NCBI RefSeq assembly: GCF_964355755.1
Contig: NC_092674.1
Location: 8,122,001-8,186,000 of the forward strand
Length of the DNA stretch: 64,000 nucleotides
Source of the DNA: Antedon mediterranea
Lineage: Eukaryota > Animalia > Echinodermata
Direction: 5' to 3'
This document shows, piece by piece, positions 24,391-37,290 of this stretch. A program made the translations under genes and the position numbers. Every line of letters begins with the position of its first letter. Position 1 is the stretch's first letter. A model generated the notes under the pieces. It was given only the letters and a program-made list of their open reading frames with translations. It was not told where the DNA came from and made no database searches.

Positions 24391-24743
24391 TATATTTAAA
24401 GTCAAACTGACTGTACAGGTATGGATGCTACCACAGTACTGTATGTTTAAAGTATGGCTTTTGGTCCTGTACCATACATCATTGTAAAATATTTTTTTAG
24501 TATCCAAACAGCCTGGCTTTAATAAACAAACCAGCAAGGACATGAAAGTTCATGGCAAATTTATCAAAATAATATTGTATTGTTATTAATATAGTTGAAT
24601 ATATTATATTGATATTCACCTGCCAATAAAAGTGGTACACATGGCTTGTATGCATAATTTGAGGCCTTGATTTAATAAAAAAAAATATATATAAAATTCA
24701 CACTACTGTACTGTATTGCGAACTATTTTTTCACATATTATTA

Positions 24744-24903
24744 AGCCTTGTCTACACTATCAAACTTTATGTAATGTAACAAAAAAATGTGATGTGTGCC
24801 CATATACTGTATCACTACCATATTTGGGCATACCACTACCATATGGGCACATCGCACTTTTGTGTTATCAAACTAGTTTGATACTGATAGTGTAGACAGA
24901 GTT
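24744..24903. mobile_element. Harbinger-like MITE family A copy
   Basis: Family TIRs; TTA flanks. Confidence 0.85.
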
Positions 24904-25154
24904 TTAAACACAAAATATTGTAGCGTCCTACACAATTGATCAAGAATTTACTAGTGAAAAGGGAAAAATTATAATACCGTAGAAAAATAAATAAAATTTG
25001 ATTACAGAGTACACAATTAGTTAATAAGAGAGAGAAAGGGAGAGCTTGTTTTAAGTATGCCAAAATATCCTCTCATTTCGATTCTCTATACTGTACATAT
25101 TATGTGTATGACTTACAGTACAGTACTGTATTAATTATACTATTATTTGCTTAC

Positions 25155-25211
25155 CCTACGCTTTCCCCTTCTAAGCAGCAGTGAAGATGATACATCAACT
25201 GCAACATGCAT
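25155..25211 (-). CDS. dlg1: Candidate alternative first coding exon of dlg (MHVAVDVSSSLLLRRGKRR)
   Basis: AAGATG start, 19 codons, donor AGG|GTAAGC in phase 0; locally GC-richer; basic C-terminal end. Confidence 0.55.
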
Positions 25212-27473
25212 CTTGTCAATTTGTTAGATCATTAACTTCCCAGAATTGTCATATAGCAGTCTATGTATATGATCCAAAGCTTTGTTCACACAATATTAAA
25301 ATCCAAACCTACTGTACTGTACAGAGTATTATATTCCCACCACTTAGCGCCTGTTTACACTGACAACAGTCAAATAAGCGTACGCCAAGTCCAATAAATG
25401 ATTCGTCCACACACAGACAAGTGCTAACAGTAACACAAACACGTAAAGCTGATAAAATACATTCTTGTTAATTTTAAGATTAGCGTTTAATTGCAAGCAA
25501 CATGAAACGAGTCTGTGGCGATATAAATCCAAATACAGAAAAACAATTCAGTATGTGAAACAAAGTATATCATCGAGCGTTTCCTATTATTCAATATAGA
25601 AAGTAATATTATTAGCAAACAATAAACACATTGTCTGATACTATTTACTTCTTCCTGTATCTGAAAAACACACAAAGCCTGCAAATGAGCGCTCTTTCCG
25701 TATTTACATTTCTCCAGGGTAAAACTAACCACTCAGAAGCCCTTATTCTCTTCCAATAGGCTCTTCTGAACTGTGTTCATATGTGTGAATCAGCAGAATG
25801 TGTTAGAACTGTATAGAATTTAATGATGTTAATTTCTTAATGTTCCGATACCAGGATACTTGTATCAGTAACTGTACTAAACTGTTATCTACTGTATTAA
25901 TATCTGACAATCATTCACTGATAATAAAATACTTTCCAGCTGAGATTCAAAACAGAAAGCAAAATAACGATAAGATCAGATAAAAATCGCCAATATTAAT
26001 GATGAATGCTTTTTCCTAGTACCTTGTAACCAACGACAACAACATCTTACAAAAGGCTCGATGACTAATTTTAACACGACTTCATGTCATTTCTGCTAAT
26101 TACATTGGTTAATGGTAGTAGCTCTATAGATTGAAAGCCCGTTAATATCCACAGAGAAATTGTTAAAATGATCTTACAAAATGAAGATCTTCATTAGTTT
26201 CAACATGTTTTCCATTGAACAATAAAGCAATAATTAAAAGCTTCCTTCCAGGTATCAAACTACAGCATCCAAACCAAGTGTATTACAATAAATCAACCTA
26301 CCCAATTCATCCCTGACTGTACAAAACCAACAGATGAACGACGGACAAACATTCAAGAGGTTAAAATACTTGTAGAGGAAAAATAACTCAAGAAGCTTGC
26401 TTGCACCTTGATGTGGCCAAGCACATTTGAAAAGAGACTGTTTTCGCTGAGGTATTGTGTAACAAAGCTGGCGGACAATAGGCCCTTTTATTACCAGCTG
26501 AAGTACAAACAATACGTTCACAATACCCTGTTGATGTTCAATCAATACTGCTGGGTGCTTTGAAACTGGAGCTGGTAATGGGCAAAACAACAAATTAGTG
26601 TGGTACAGAACGGTTATGCTTGTGCGATCAAGTGTGCAAACAGTGAACTGCTTGAAACAAAACACACTTTCTTTAATACTGTATGTACTTTTACGTTGGT
26701 TTAGTGTTAAAAAAAACCAGATAATAAAACTTGTAACATAGTATTGTTATCTATCAGAGTAGTATAAACTCTAAACATATAAAATATTGGATTGGATAAC
26801 ACAGACTATATCTTAAGATTTCTCTAAAGAAGCCTACCGGAAGAAAAGACACATTACTAAATAATAATGATAATCCACCAAATAAACCATTCCTATTGGT
26901 CAGGAGAATATCTTCAGAATTTAGACTTGTGGTCGGAGAAATTGATTAGTATTTTGTTAGTTTCCGATAGTGGCTTACGTTACTGAACCAGTCACTAATG
27001 GCTTAGGAATCTTCTAATATAAGAATAGATCTAATGAAGACTTCAATCTAATTAATAAACTGGCTGAATAATTGATCAACGACTGCAAGCTACGCGATAC
27101 AAGTCACAGTCCCTAATTCGGCATCATGTGCTGAATTTAAATCACAAATTGAATCAATTCCTCGCACAAGAAGATAATGCCTAAACAATTTTGAATATTG
27201 CCCTCATAAATTATAAAATCATAGATAGCAGAGTGATGGCAAACTTTAATTCTAATTAATTTATAATTCTTTAATACTGGGTGACATCTTCTGTCGAAAG
27301 ACTGTTCTCCCAGTGGGGCCAGTTTGCATATTACAAAACAATTCAAATACAGATACAAAAAACAAATCTATATTAAGACATTCATTAGGCATAGGTCTCA
27401 CAAGAAAACAAAATCAACCTTAATTTAGGCATTTTGTTGTGATGGGCGGATCTACTGTAAATCACCTGTACCT

Positions 27474-27760
27474 GTGAGGGTGTGTGGCGCAGTGTGTTGG
27501 ACATTGGACTACTGACCGTGATCGCGGTTCGAATCCAGCTCTGCTGCATTGGTTGTATCCTTAGGCTAGTTAATTTACTTACGTTTGCCTCTCTCCCCCA
27601 GGTGTATAAATGGGTACCCAGTTAGATCAAGACACAACTTTGCACTGATTATTAGCTGCATTATGGGAGTATGTTTCCATACGTGTTTGATGCAAAAAAC
27701 GGCCGGGGTAATAATGTTCAGCGCTTAGAGGTTTCACAACATTAGGCGCTATATAACTCT
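27474..27760 (+). mobile_element. tRNA-derived SINE family 1 (Deu/Nin-domain-like core)
   Basis: A box TGGCGCAGTG, B box GGTTCGAATCC, core CCAGGTGTATAAATGGGTACC; second copy at 52221-52531. Confidence 0.8.
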
Positions 27761-28348
27761 AAATAACTTATTGCATCACTTACCATAAAAAACCCCTCTC
27801 TGAAAAAAAAAAAAACTCCTCCTATTATACCAAACTACAGCTACATTCACAAGGGTTCGAGAACAGTTAAATATACTGTGGTAGGTTCTCATTGCCTAAA
27901 TTAAACTAAACACTGCGACTATAGTATTCTAAAAATACATACCACAATCTCATTTTTGTTGTATTATTAATAAAAATAAAAATGTTACTTGGTATTGATC
28001 TACCACTTGACATTAAAATGCAAAACTACAGAAGGCTTGAACCAAGTGCATGCTATCACCATGGTAACATAGCCATTATTTAGGCTGATTGTTGGTTTTA
28101 TTCAACTTGTTATATTAAGTACATGTTACCAAGGACATAAGTAATATAATATATTTAAAAATTATAATTTGCTATCTAAAAAAATATCTTCAATTCATAT
28201 TAAATAAATGTATTTTATACTCCTTTTTTCCAGTTTCAAATATATATAGTTAATACTAATATTACTATGGAGCCATTTTGTTGCTCCATGTTAGTATTAT
28301 TATTACACTATAGTCCCAGTGTGGATATGAAAAATTGAGAATTTATGG

Positions 28349-28690
28349 GATGGGATTATACTCGAGCATGGGATTAAATTAGAGCATGGGATTATATTGA
28401 GCATGGGATTATATTAGAGCATGGGATTATATTAGAGCATGGGATTATATTAGAGCATGGCATTATATTAGAGCATGGCATTATATTAGAGCATGAGATT
28501 ATATTAGAGCATGGGATTATACTTGAGCATGGGATTATACTCGAACATGGGATTGTATTGGAACATGGGCTTATATGAGAGCATGGGATTATATTTAGAG
28601 CATGGGATTATACTAGAGCATAGGATTATATTAGAGCATGGAATTATACTGAAGCATGGGATTATATTTGAGCATGGCATTATACTCCAT
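28349..28690. repeat. 18-bp minisatellite (AGAGCATGGGATTATATT), ~18 copies
   Basis: Directly visible; explains the repetitive ORFs 28504-28716 and 28511-28741. Confidence 0.95.
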
Positions 28691-29297
28691 AATTTCATTA
28701 ATATAAGTGTATTCAAACGATTTATTATTAGAAATCTTTAAGAAATAAATTAACATTTTAAATAAGACACCCAAGTAAAATTATACACCATAGATTGTGA
28801 ATAAGCACACACCAAAATAGAATTATACTGCATATTATTAATATAAATAAATTTTAAAAATATATAACAATGAGTAAATTTATATCAAGTTAAAGTTAAT
28901 AATTTTGAGAGAAACAAAAGATGACATTTAGAATTAATATTTGTCTTTTAAAATTAAGCATTGAGCTCGAAAATAATAGTGGTTATTAAAAAAAATTACT
29001 TTTAATGACAAAGACAAAACCAGTATTAATTTTATATATATTTGGCCTTATAACCATGTACTGTATGACTAAATTGCACTTAACTTTCACTGTAAAATAT
29101 AGAGTTGATGTTAATTACTATTGATATGCAATATAGTCAAGAGTTACCGTACCTAATCAATATCTTGGCCACAAAATGCTGCTGCTCATGTAATTTATAA
29201 TACGTTCAGTTGCGCGTGTAAGTATGTATGCACGCACATAACTGCATTTACGTAGCATAGTTTGTTATTATAGTTTTTTATAGCATTTGAATGTTAA

Positions 29298-29600
29298 AGC
29301 CTGGTCTATACTCATCAAACTAGTTTGATTTAAAAAAAATGTGATATATGATAGTGATATGCTCAAATATGGTAGTGATATGCTCAAATATGGTAGTGAT
29401 ATGCTTCAATATGATAGTGATATGCTCCAATATGATAGTGATATGCTCCAATATGGTAGTGATATGCTTCAATATGATAGTGATATGCTCCAATATGATA
29501 GTGATATGCTCAAATATGGTAGTGATATGACATCATCATGTCCATATTTGGGCACATCACATGTTGCTGTCACATCAAGTTTGATAGTGTAGACAGAGCT
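29298..29600. mobile_element. Harbinger-like MITE family A with an expanded internal 21-bp array (~9 units)
   Basis: Family TIRs; TAA TSD; unit ATATGRTAGTGATATGCTCMA. Confidence 0.9.
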
Positions 29601-31654
29601 TAAGACCGAGTATGTATTGTCATGTCATTGTCAGACATCTTTTATATTTATTTTGTTCATGCAATAGCAAATTATTGTACAGTTTGTCACATATTGTATG
29701 CAGTGTTAATTAAAAATTTCATAAACACAATAAAAAAAAAGCAGCATCTAATTGTAAAATCGACTCTGAACATTACTAGACAAGCATTTAAACCGACTTA
29801 AAATAAAAAATTGCCGGTGACACACACTGTGACTACAGTTCTTATACAGTAGGTATTACCAAATGATATAAATAATTTCCTGGCAAACAATGCTACTGTA
29901 TGACTCTTTTTATAAAAAAAAGATCATTGGTTTCCAACGACGCTATAGACATTAATGTATTATTAGGTGGAGACGAGTCATTGCCAGACAGGTCTTAAAG
30001 TCTGCAAATTGGTATTATCCTTAGAGAGCATTGTGTTATTCTGGTTATTAATATTAGTTGACATGTCTGGAAAAACAGACAATAGTTTGATGAAATATGA
30101 TAATTGATATTATACTGTAGAAAAAAAAATCACAGAATTTATTATGAAGTTAAATGCTATATTGAATATATGTGTATTGTCTCATTAATTATTCTTCTTT
30201 AAAACTTTCAGTTTGCTTTCTCAATTAGACTGTTGATCTTGGTTACAGTCTGGTCAATATGTCACCTCAGTGTTTTACGGGCGCTGTGTTTTTGTTGCGA
30301 CAATTTTTATATATTATTTTGCATCAAGTATATCTACTGTATCCATATTAAAATGAATTAATGAATGGAATATTAAAGTTAATATCATATGAATGGTGAA
30401 TGTTAGCATAGAAATATAATTATGTTTCATTAAAAGTTAATTATTTTAACAATGAGGTTAGATATATTTTAAGAGTTAAGTTATATTATTTCTCTTGTAT
30501 GACTAATGTTTATGAACAATTAATTTTTAAATAAAATTTGTGTTAATTGTTAATAATAATAATGAAGCTAAATTATAATACGATGTACTATCTATATCAG
30601 TCACATAGTATTGATTTTTTGCCAAAAATTAACTTGATATAATATTTCACTACCAGACAATTACTGTATATAGTACGTTCTTTCCCTGAGGTATAACTAT
30701 TATTAGGCCTACTATTATACAACAGATGACTAATGTTTATGAAAAATTAATTAGTATATAAAGTGTAAAGTCCAATGTTTATTTTCCATTGTCCAATAAA
30801 GCAAAAGATAAAGAGAAATTAAAAAATAATAATAACCTGCTGGTGAAACATTTAATACATATAAAATTATAATGAGCTCATTATAAATTTTTATATTTTT
30901 TATCAGAAATAGAATATATATTAAATGAAAAAAATGTATTTAAAATACAATTTTCAAGCATCTGCCAACATCACGCCTAATCTACTCTACTACAACAGGC
31001 CTATGGCATCTGAATTTTTTTCTCTTGCCTATTCTGCTACCCCTTTTCACTCTGTCCCTCCTCGTTTCTAAGTATCCTAAATTGTATTTTTAAAATTCAT
31101 ACACATATTTTTGTTATTGTATGTTTTATTGTTATTATGTTTTGTGACAGACGTGAAATAAATTGAATTGAATTACTGCATCTTAAAACAAAACCAGTGC
31201 TACGTTTAAACTTATTATATAATTACTAGTACAATAACAATATAATAATACTATACTGTACAGAAAAAAAGTTCTCAATGGTTGTGTTTTTCAACACTCA
31301 ACTAACAAGTAAGCCCTCTATATTATTTTTTTGAAAATCAAATTATTCAAAATAATAGAGGGCACTATTGCTATTCAAGAGATGCTTAAATATTTTACTC
31401 AATTGCCATGTAAAAATATGTCTAGACGCTATTAAAGTAAAGAGCGGACTACCCTCATATTATGCACGGATTTAGACGGGAGCTGAACAGGCCTTAGCAG
31501 TAGCACCCACTAAAATTTAACAGCGATGTCTTTTTAAAATAAAATGACTATTTTTATTTTTCTTCAACCTGATGGATCGTTTTTATCATTTCTGAAATGT
31601 TTTGCCCTACCTATCTATAATGCTGAATCCTCCCCTGATTTTTAATTCAACTAT

Positions 31655-31912
31655 GTATTTCTATGGTTAACTTTTCAACTTTTTGGTTTTACCTATGGTT
31701 ACCCAAATGATAAATTGCTTCTCAAATATAATTAAATCTGAAATCTAATTTTAGCATACATAAAATTATATGAAAATAAATTATTTCTATGGTTAACTTT
31801 TCACTAACAAACATTGCTATTTTCAAGAACATGGTTTTACCTATGGTTACCCAACTGATAAATTGCTTCTCAATATAATTAAATCTGAAATCTAATTTTA
31901 GCATACATAAAT
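31655..31912. repeat. ~150-bp direct tandem duplication
   Basis: TATTTCTATGGTTAACTTTTCA...GAAATCTAATTTTAGCATACATAAA occurs twice. Confidence 0.88.
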
Positions 31913-32330
31913 TATAAATCAAGGCAAATAATTAACTATGTTGCAATAAATTACGTCACATTCCGCATCTACAGAAAAACCCTTTAGCGTCATATAGCCA
32001 TTTCCATTTTTTTATACTAAAAACTCATTTATTTCCCACGATGTAACTTGTGTCATTTTGTACATAAATGGTTATTTTTAATCATGGTTACTGGATTTGT
32101 AGCTCGTTTGTAAATGATGGATGTTGATACAATTTTATGAAGTACGGCACTTTCATCTTTTCTTTTAAATGGCGCCTTATACTGTAAATGCGATGTTACC
32201 AAATCATTATGATTTTTGTATTTGTTTTTATTTAATATTAATTCATTTGAAGTCAATAGATAAAGGATTTCCTTTAAGTGGTAGGATTTTATAATGTTTT
32301 TAATCTAAGAATTCTGTCAACTGTATGGGA

Positions 32331-32514
32331 AAAAAAATGTGATGTGCCCATGGATATCATGATGTCATATCACTACCATATTTGGGTATATGACTACCAT
32401 ATTTGGGTATATCACTACCATATTTGGGTATATGACTACCATATTTGGGTATATCACTACCATATTTGGGTATATCACTACCATATTTGGGTATATCACT
32501 ACCATATTTGGGCA
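32331..32514. repeat. Family A MITE internal 21-bp array without TIRs (~7 units)
   Basis: TATCACTACCATATTTGGGTA units preceded by the family motif AAATGTGATGTGCCCAT. Confidence 0.85.
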
Positions 32515-32691
32515 AGTGTTATTGCTGGGTACTAAATACAAATCAGTGAAAACCCCAAAATCTACAGTATTATAAAACTCTCCACAGTTTCTCCATGATG
32601 ACTCCTTTAAAATTCTATCATGAGTTTAACACGAAATTACGAAGAGAAAGAGATTAAAATCGCTCAAAATGATCATATTACAATTGACCTA

Positions 32692-33546
32692 CCGTATATT
32701 TCGGTGTATAAGTCGCACTTTTGACACGCAAATTTGACCTCTAAATTAAGGGTGCGTCTTATACACCGAACATAAATGCCTCACCACACAGAGTGTACAT
32801 ATCGTCACCTCGTTGGCTAGGCCTGAGTAGGCTAGGCCTAGCTACAGTGTACTAACGTAACAGCAACCTGCTTCTGCCTAGTTTTCAAGGCATTTTAGCG
32901 TGATGTTATACTAAATATGATGAAAAGGGCGCGCCATGAAAAGATTTGTTTATTATGGAGCTATTTTAGGCGCTCCGATAAAATTTCATTTGTAAACGTT
33001 TACGATTGGAATAGTATTTATTTATAGTTATTCGCACGATCGCCGACCGCCGTACCCCCAGCGCAAGCCCTTCTTGGCGGCCACATGTTGTACGGTATTC
33101 GACTAGTATATTCTCCAGGTGATTATAGCGTGGACCTAGCGTACACACTTCTCGGATACATAGATACTAATCGAATACGATTGTCCGTGAAAACGTGCGC
33201 CCTCTCGAAATGATCGAGCGAGGCTAGCCCACACACGTGCATGTTGCACACACGGTCATGCACTCGATGTTGCGGGTGCGAAACTCATGAATAACAAGTT
33301 AGAAACAACTTGTTGAGGCTGGGCGCGGTTGAGCCTAGGTAAGAAAAAACCTAAATAAAGGACGCCGTTGTAGATATAACAAAATATATTATTACAATAA
33401 TATTTATTACAATTCTAAAAAAACAATGTTTTGATGAAATATAAGGTGCGTCTTATACATCGACGATATAAAAAATACCGATATTTTACTCTCACTTAGG
33501 GGGTGCGTCTTATACACAGGTGCGACTTATACACCGAAATATACGG
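32692..33546. mobile_element. Tc1/mariner-type non-autonomous element (CCGTA termini, 855 bp), uninterrupted copy
   Basis: Perfect TIR CCGTATATTTCGGTGTATAAGTCGCAC; TA TSD; subterminal GTGCGTCTTATACA repeats. Confidence 0.92.
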
Positions 33547-33967
33547 TACAAATTTTACCTGAGCATTTTGAACTGTAGATTTTTGTACATAAGTTTGTAT
33601 ATTTTCTCTCCTCTGCTCAACACTGCCCCCAACAACGGGTACCAGTTGTGGTCCGTCCATTCTATCTATCTCATCTTCATTGTAATTATACTGTAAAATA
33701 TAAATGTGATAACTATTTAGTTTTCAAGTTCACTTAACAGGTGTTCAGGTAACTATCTGCAAATAAATATTAGATTTATTTTCAGTGACATTCAATTCAA
33801 CAGTGGAAAACCTGCCACTTAAAAAAAATGTATTAAAAATATATAAAACAATTGCCATAAAATATTTCAAAAATTTTTTTGAAAATGAAATGTAGCAATA
33901 TTGTATTTGAGATGAAAATCAGTATTGAGTTCAACAATAAATGTTAAAATCAGAAACAAATATATTA

Positions 33968-34206
33968 TGTCTATACACTATCAAACTAGAGCAATGTGCT
34001 CTGGTGGTGATATACCCAAATATGGTGGTGATATACCCAAATATGGTGGTGATATACCCAAATATGGTGGTGATATACCCAAATATGGTGGTGATATACC
34101 CAAATATGGTGGTGATATACCCAAATATGGTAGTCATATGACATTATTATGTCTATGGGCACATCACATTTTTTGGTGAGATCAATTTGATAGTGTAGAC
34201 AGAGCT
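33968..34206. mobile_element. Harbinger-like MITE family A with a homogeneous 21-bp array (~6 units)
   Basis: Family TIRs; GGTGGTGATATACCCAAATAT units. Confidence 0.88.
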
Positions 34207-34772
34207 TAATATGAGATACACCTTTTAAATGCTGGAATTGTTGTTTATTCATGTACTGTAATGAAGGAAATAATGAAACAGACAGTGAAATTCAAAAGTG
34301 TAATTAGATAGAGGTAATCAAAGCAACCAATTTTAAAAGCATTTGTAATCAAATTTAATTGGCTGCTTTAAAATTAAAATCTTTAACATAATCTGTAATA
34401 AATTATAACAGGTTTGTACCGAAATAAAACAGCTTATCTAACAAATTTGTCATCAGTACTAATTGTATTTTTCATCCGATAAATATGACTAAATTTGATG
34501 TTGCGATAAATACGTAGGATTAAAAAAAATAGTACATTACAGATTCCAACATGAGTCATGCAACAAATTGAGAGAATTATTAAATTGCTATGGTGATAAG
34601 AAGGTGAGTCAGTGGAAAAATCATTGTCAATATTGTCTTAAATTATGCATAGTAGTTAGTACCCACTGCATATAATAAGGATCTTGTAATATCCACTTCA
34701 TTCATTATTCAATTTGGAAATGTCCTTCTATTTGTGGCATAAATATTTTGTATTTTTTTCATGTATTATATA

Positions 34773-35110
34773 CAGTAAAACACCTATTAAGCTCTGTCTA
34801 CACTATCAAACTAGTGCCCAAATGTGGTAGCGATATATACCCAAATATAGTAGTAATATGACATCATCATGTCCATATATGGGCACATCACATTTTGTTG
34901 TCATATAAAGTTTTATAGTATAGACCATGCTTTGGAGCACATTTGCCATGTGAGTTGGCATTAATAGTGATAAGAAATACCCCTGGTTGTTTAATAAGGT
35001 TATCCACAGAAAAAAGATGTCCCAAACAATGGCTAATTACATGCAATTATACAAAAATGGGAAACCTCCATTTTTTTCGACTCCAAAGGTGTCCCCTTAA
35101 TAGAGGTTCT
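34773..35110. mobile_element. CAGT-ended Tc1/mariner-type MITE with a family A MITE (34790-34931) nested near its left end
   Basis: TA-CAGTAAAACACCTATTA left end interrupted by the family A TIR; right end GGTGTCCCCTTAATAGAGGTTCTA. Confidence 0.65.
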
Positions 35111-35500
35111 ATTCTAGATGTATTGTTTACATTTAAACAATTCTTGACTAGTTTGAATATTTTATTATCACCAAGTAAAAAAAAACACTGCACAAATGAA
35201 CTGGCGTACCTTGTATGGACAATTTTATAGAATACTTTCCTCTTAAAGCTTTTTTTTCATACATAAATTTCAGACATTTCTTTCAATCAAAGTTAATAAC
35301 ATAAGACAATTAGAGGCAATGTTTTGACAATAAATGCTTTTACATTGACATATTGCTATTGTTATCTTGCCTAAAGTCAATCAGTGAACAGATATTAATG
35401 TATTTCTATTCTTTTAAGAGTAATAAAGTAACTAAGGTAGGCTATTGGATGATATTGGAAACTCCACAAGGTGTAATTTGAAAAGCAGGCTATTTGATAA

Positions 35501-35890
35501 AGTAGAGCCCACTCTTTGGGACACCTCTATTAAGGGGACACTTTCCGGTAAACAAGTAACAGGCAATATATGTTTCAACACTAGGCCGATCCCTATTCAT
35601 GGGACATTCCGATACAGGGGACATCCCGATTCAGGGGACATCCCGATTCAAGGGACATCTCAATCTCTCAATTTTTTTAAATTTTTTTTTTACTCACCAT
35701 TTTGTTTATTGTCTTTTGTCACCATTTTTCTAAAGAGATGATTTTTTTTAGGTTATGAGGCCCGATTGTCTCTTTAGCCGTAGATATAGCACAGGGATTG
35801 CATCTATGACTAGGCGTAGACGTAGCCACTGCGATTAATTAAAGGGATGCTTTTGTTGGACCTGAAGATGTCTCCTTACTAGAGGTTCTA
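35501..35890. mobile_element. CAGT-type MITE family copy with GGGGACA subterminal repeats
   Basis: Left TTTGGGACACCTCTATTAAGGGGACAC; right TGTCTCCTTACTAGAGGTTCTA. Confidence 0.6.
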
Positions 35891-36722
35891 AGTATTTGAA
35901 ATTTTAAATTACCGATAATTTTGTCAAAATTATGTTCTATTTCAAAACCAATTTTCTTTGTTTTTAAAACAATTTTAAAAACACGCATAATGCGTAACAA
36001 TCCGTGCCTCTTTGCAGTGTCAATGACAAAAGTTACATTTTATCGAACACCTGAAATATGAATGTTTCTAACTAAGTAAGAATTATACGACTCAAAATTG
36101 TGTCAGTTTGAGAGGGTGATACTTTAATAACACTGAGTTCTAGTCAATGATATCGACATTATGAGTAAATGATTTGTAATTCATATCATTAATAAACATT
36201 AAGTTTCACTTTTTTTGCTACTGTCGTTTACGAGTAAGATATCAGCTTACACATTAAATATGTCGTATGCGATATTCTATGGCTATACGGTAGTTAGTAA
36301 TTGCTGTACAGTAGATTCCTTGGTTGATATACTAGGGCAGAAGCAAGAATTCGTAATTGGTACTAGCGATTTTTCAATTTACCATTTAAAAATTACGTTC
36401 GTATTGATATCAAGTTACATGGACACGTATCAGTTTCAAGAATATTTATTCATTTTCGTTAGTCTACAAAATCAAGAAATAACTACAATTACATAATTTT
36501 ACATTTAGTTGTACAGGGTGTTTTTTAAGGCAGAGATCTACTAACTAGACTATTTGGTTTGGGTCTCAGATATTTTTCAAATCTAGGCCTAAATATAAAA
36601 ATAATTTTTTTTTTTTGATAAAATGTGTAGAATGTATAAAGAAATTAATATTAAATGCTCTGAATTTATTGTTGTCTGTAGAAAGAGGCCTAATGATACC
36701 AAGTTATCAGTTTTGCAATTTA

Positions 36723-36910
36723 AAGGCCAATTTACACAGACGAACAGTGATGGTAATAAAAATATAGAATCTATGTTGTTCCTTATGACCATTTACACAC
36801 AACGTAGAGCGGACGGGCTGTTTTCGCTCAGGATATAGACAGATTCTATGGGAGACAAGCTACGCATTTTTCCGCTTACCGTTACCTGTGTCAGTCTGTG
36901 TATTGGCCTT
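36723..36910. mobile_element. Harbinger-like MITE (GGCCAAT..ACACAGAC TIR)
   Basis: AAGGCCAATTTACACAGACG is inverted relative to GTCTGTGTATTGGCCTT. Confidence 0.6.
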
Positions 36911-37051
36911 TGTTATCCTCACTTTTTTTCATTATGATGAGGCATAGTTGATGAGAAAGGTTTCTGTAGAACTGACCATACATATAAATCGCATCAACAT
37001 ATATTGAGAAAAACAGCATTAATTTGTTTTGTTAAATAATAAAATGCTTAC

Positions 37052-37162
37052 ATTTGATTCACTGCGCCTCCTAATACGTCGGCAACCGAACATTGCATTT
37101 AGGCAGCTCAGCGGCCAGAAAGAGTTCGTCGGCGAGTCAAGTACCAACTCGTACTCTTGCAT
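37052..37162 (-). CDS. dlg1: Candidate alternative first coding exon of dlg (MQEYELVLDSPTNSFWPLSCLNAMFGCRRIRRRSESN)
   Basis: AAAATG start, 37 open codons in a GC-rich island, donor GTAAGC in phase 0; Cys residues followed by a basic cluster. Confidence 0.65.
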
Positions 37163-37290
37163 TTTGATAGAAAAGTTCTTCAAAATCCTAATCAGAACGT
37201 GTTTTTTTTTATATTTTGCCTATAATACTATATTGACGACGAAGTCACAACGTTCGTATGTTGCTGGTTTCGTTGCAAAACATGTGTCAA

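Noticed and set aside
26255-26665. 136-aa minus-strand ORF
   Set aside because: No recognisable domain or usable splice sites seen; treated as a chance ORF
27474-27545. Possible tRNA gene (A and B boxes)
   Set aside because: Continues into a SINE body shared with 52221-52531; no convincing cloverleaf
28504-34252. Repetitive ORFs (MGLY.., YDSDML.., YHHHIWV.. etc.)
   Set aside because: By-products of 18- and 21-bp tandem repeats that are open in several frames
36870-36960. Donor-like GTAAGC/GTAACG motifs
   Set aside because: Part of the MITE inverted repeat; upstream frames contain stops
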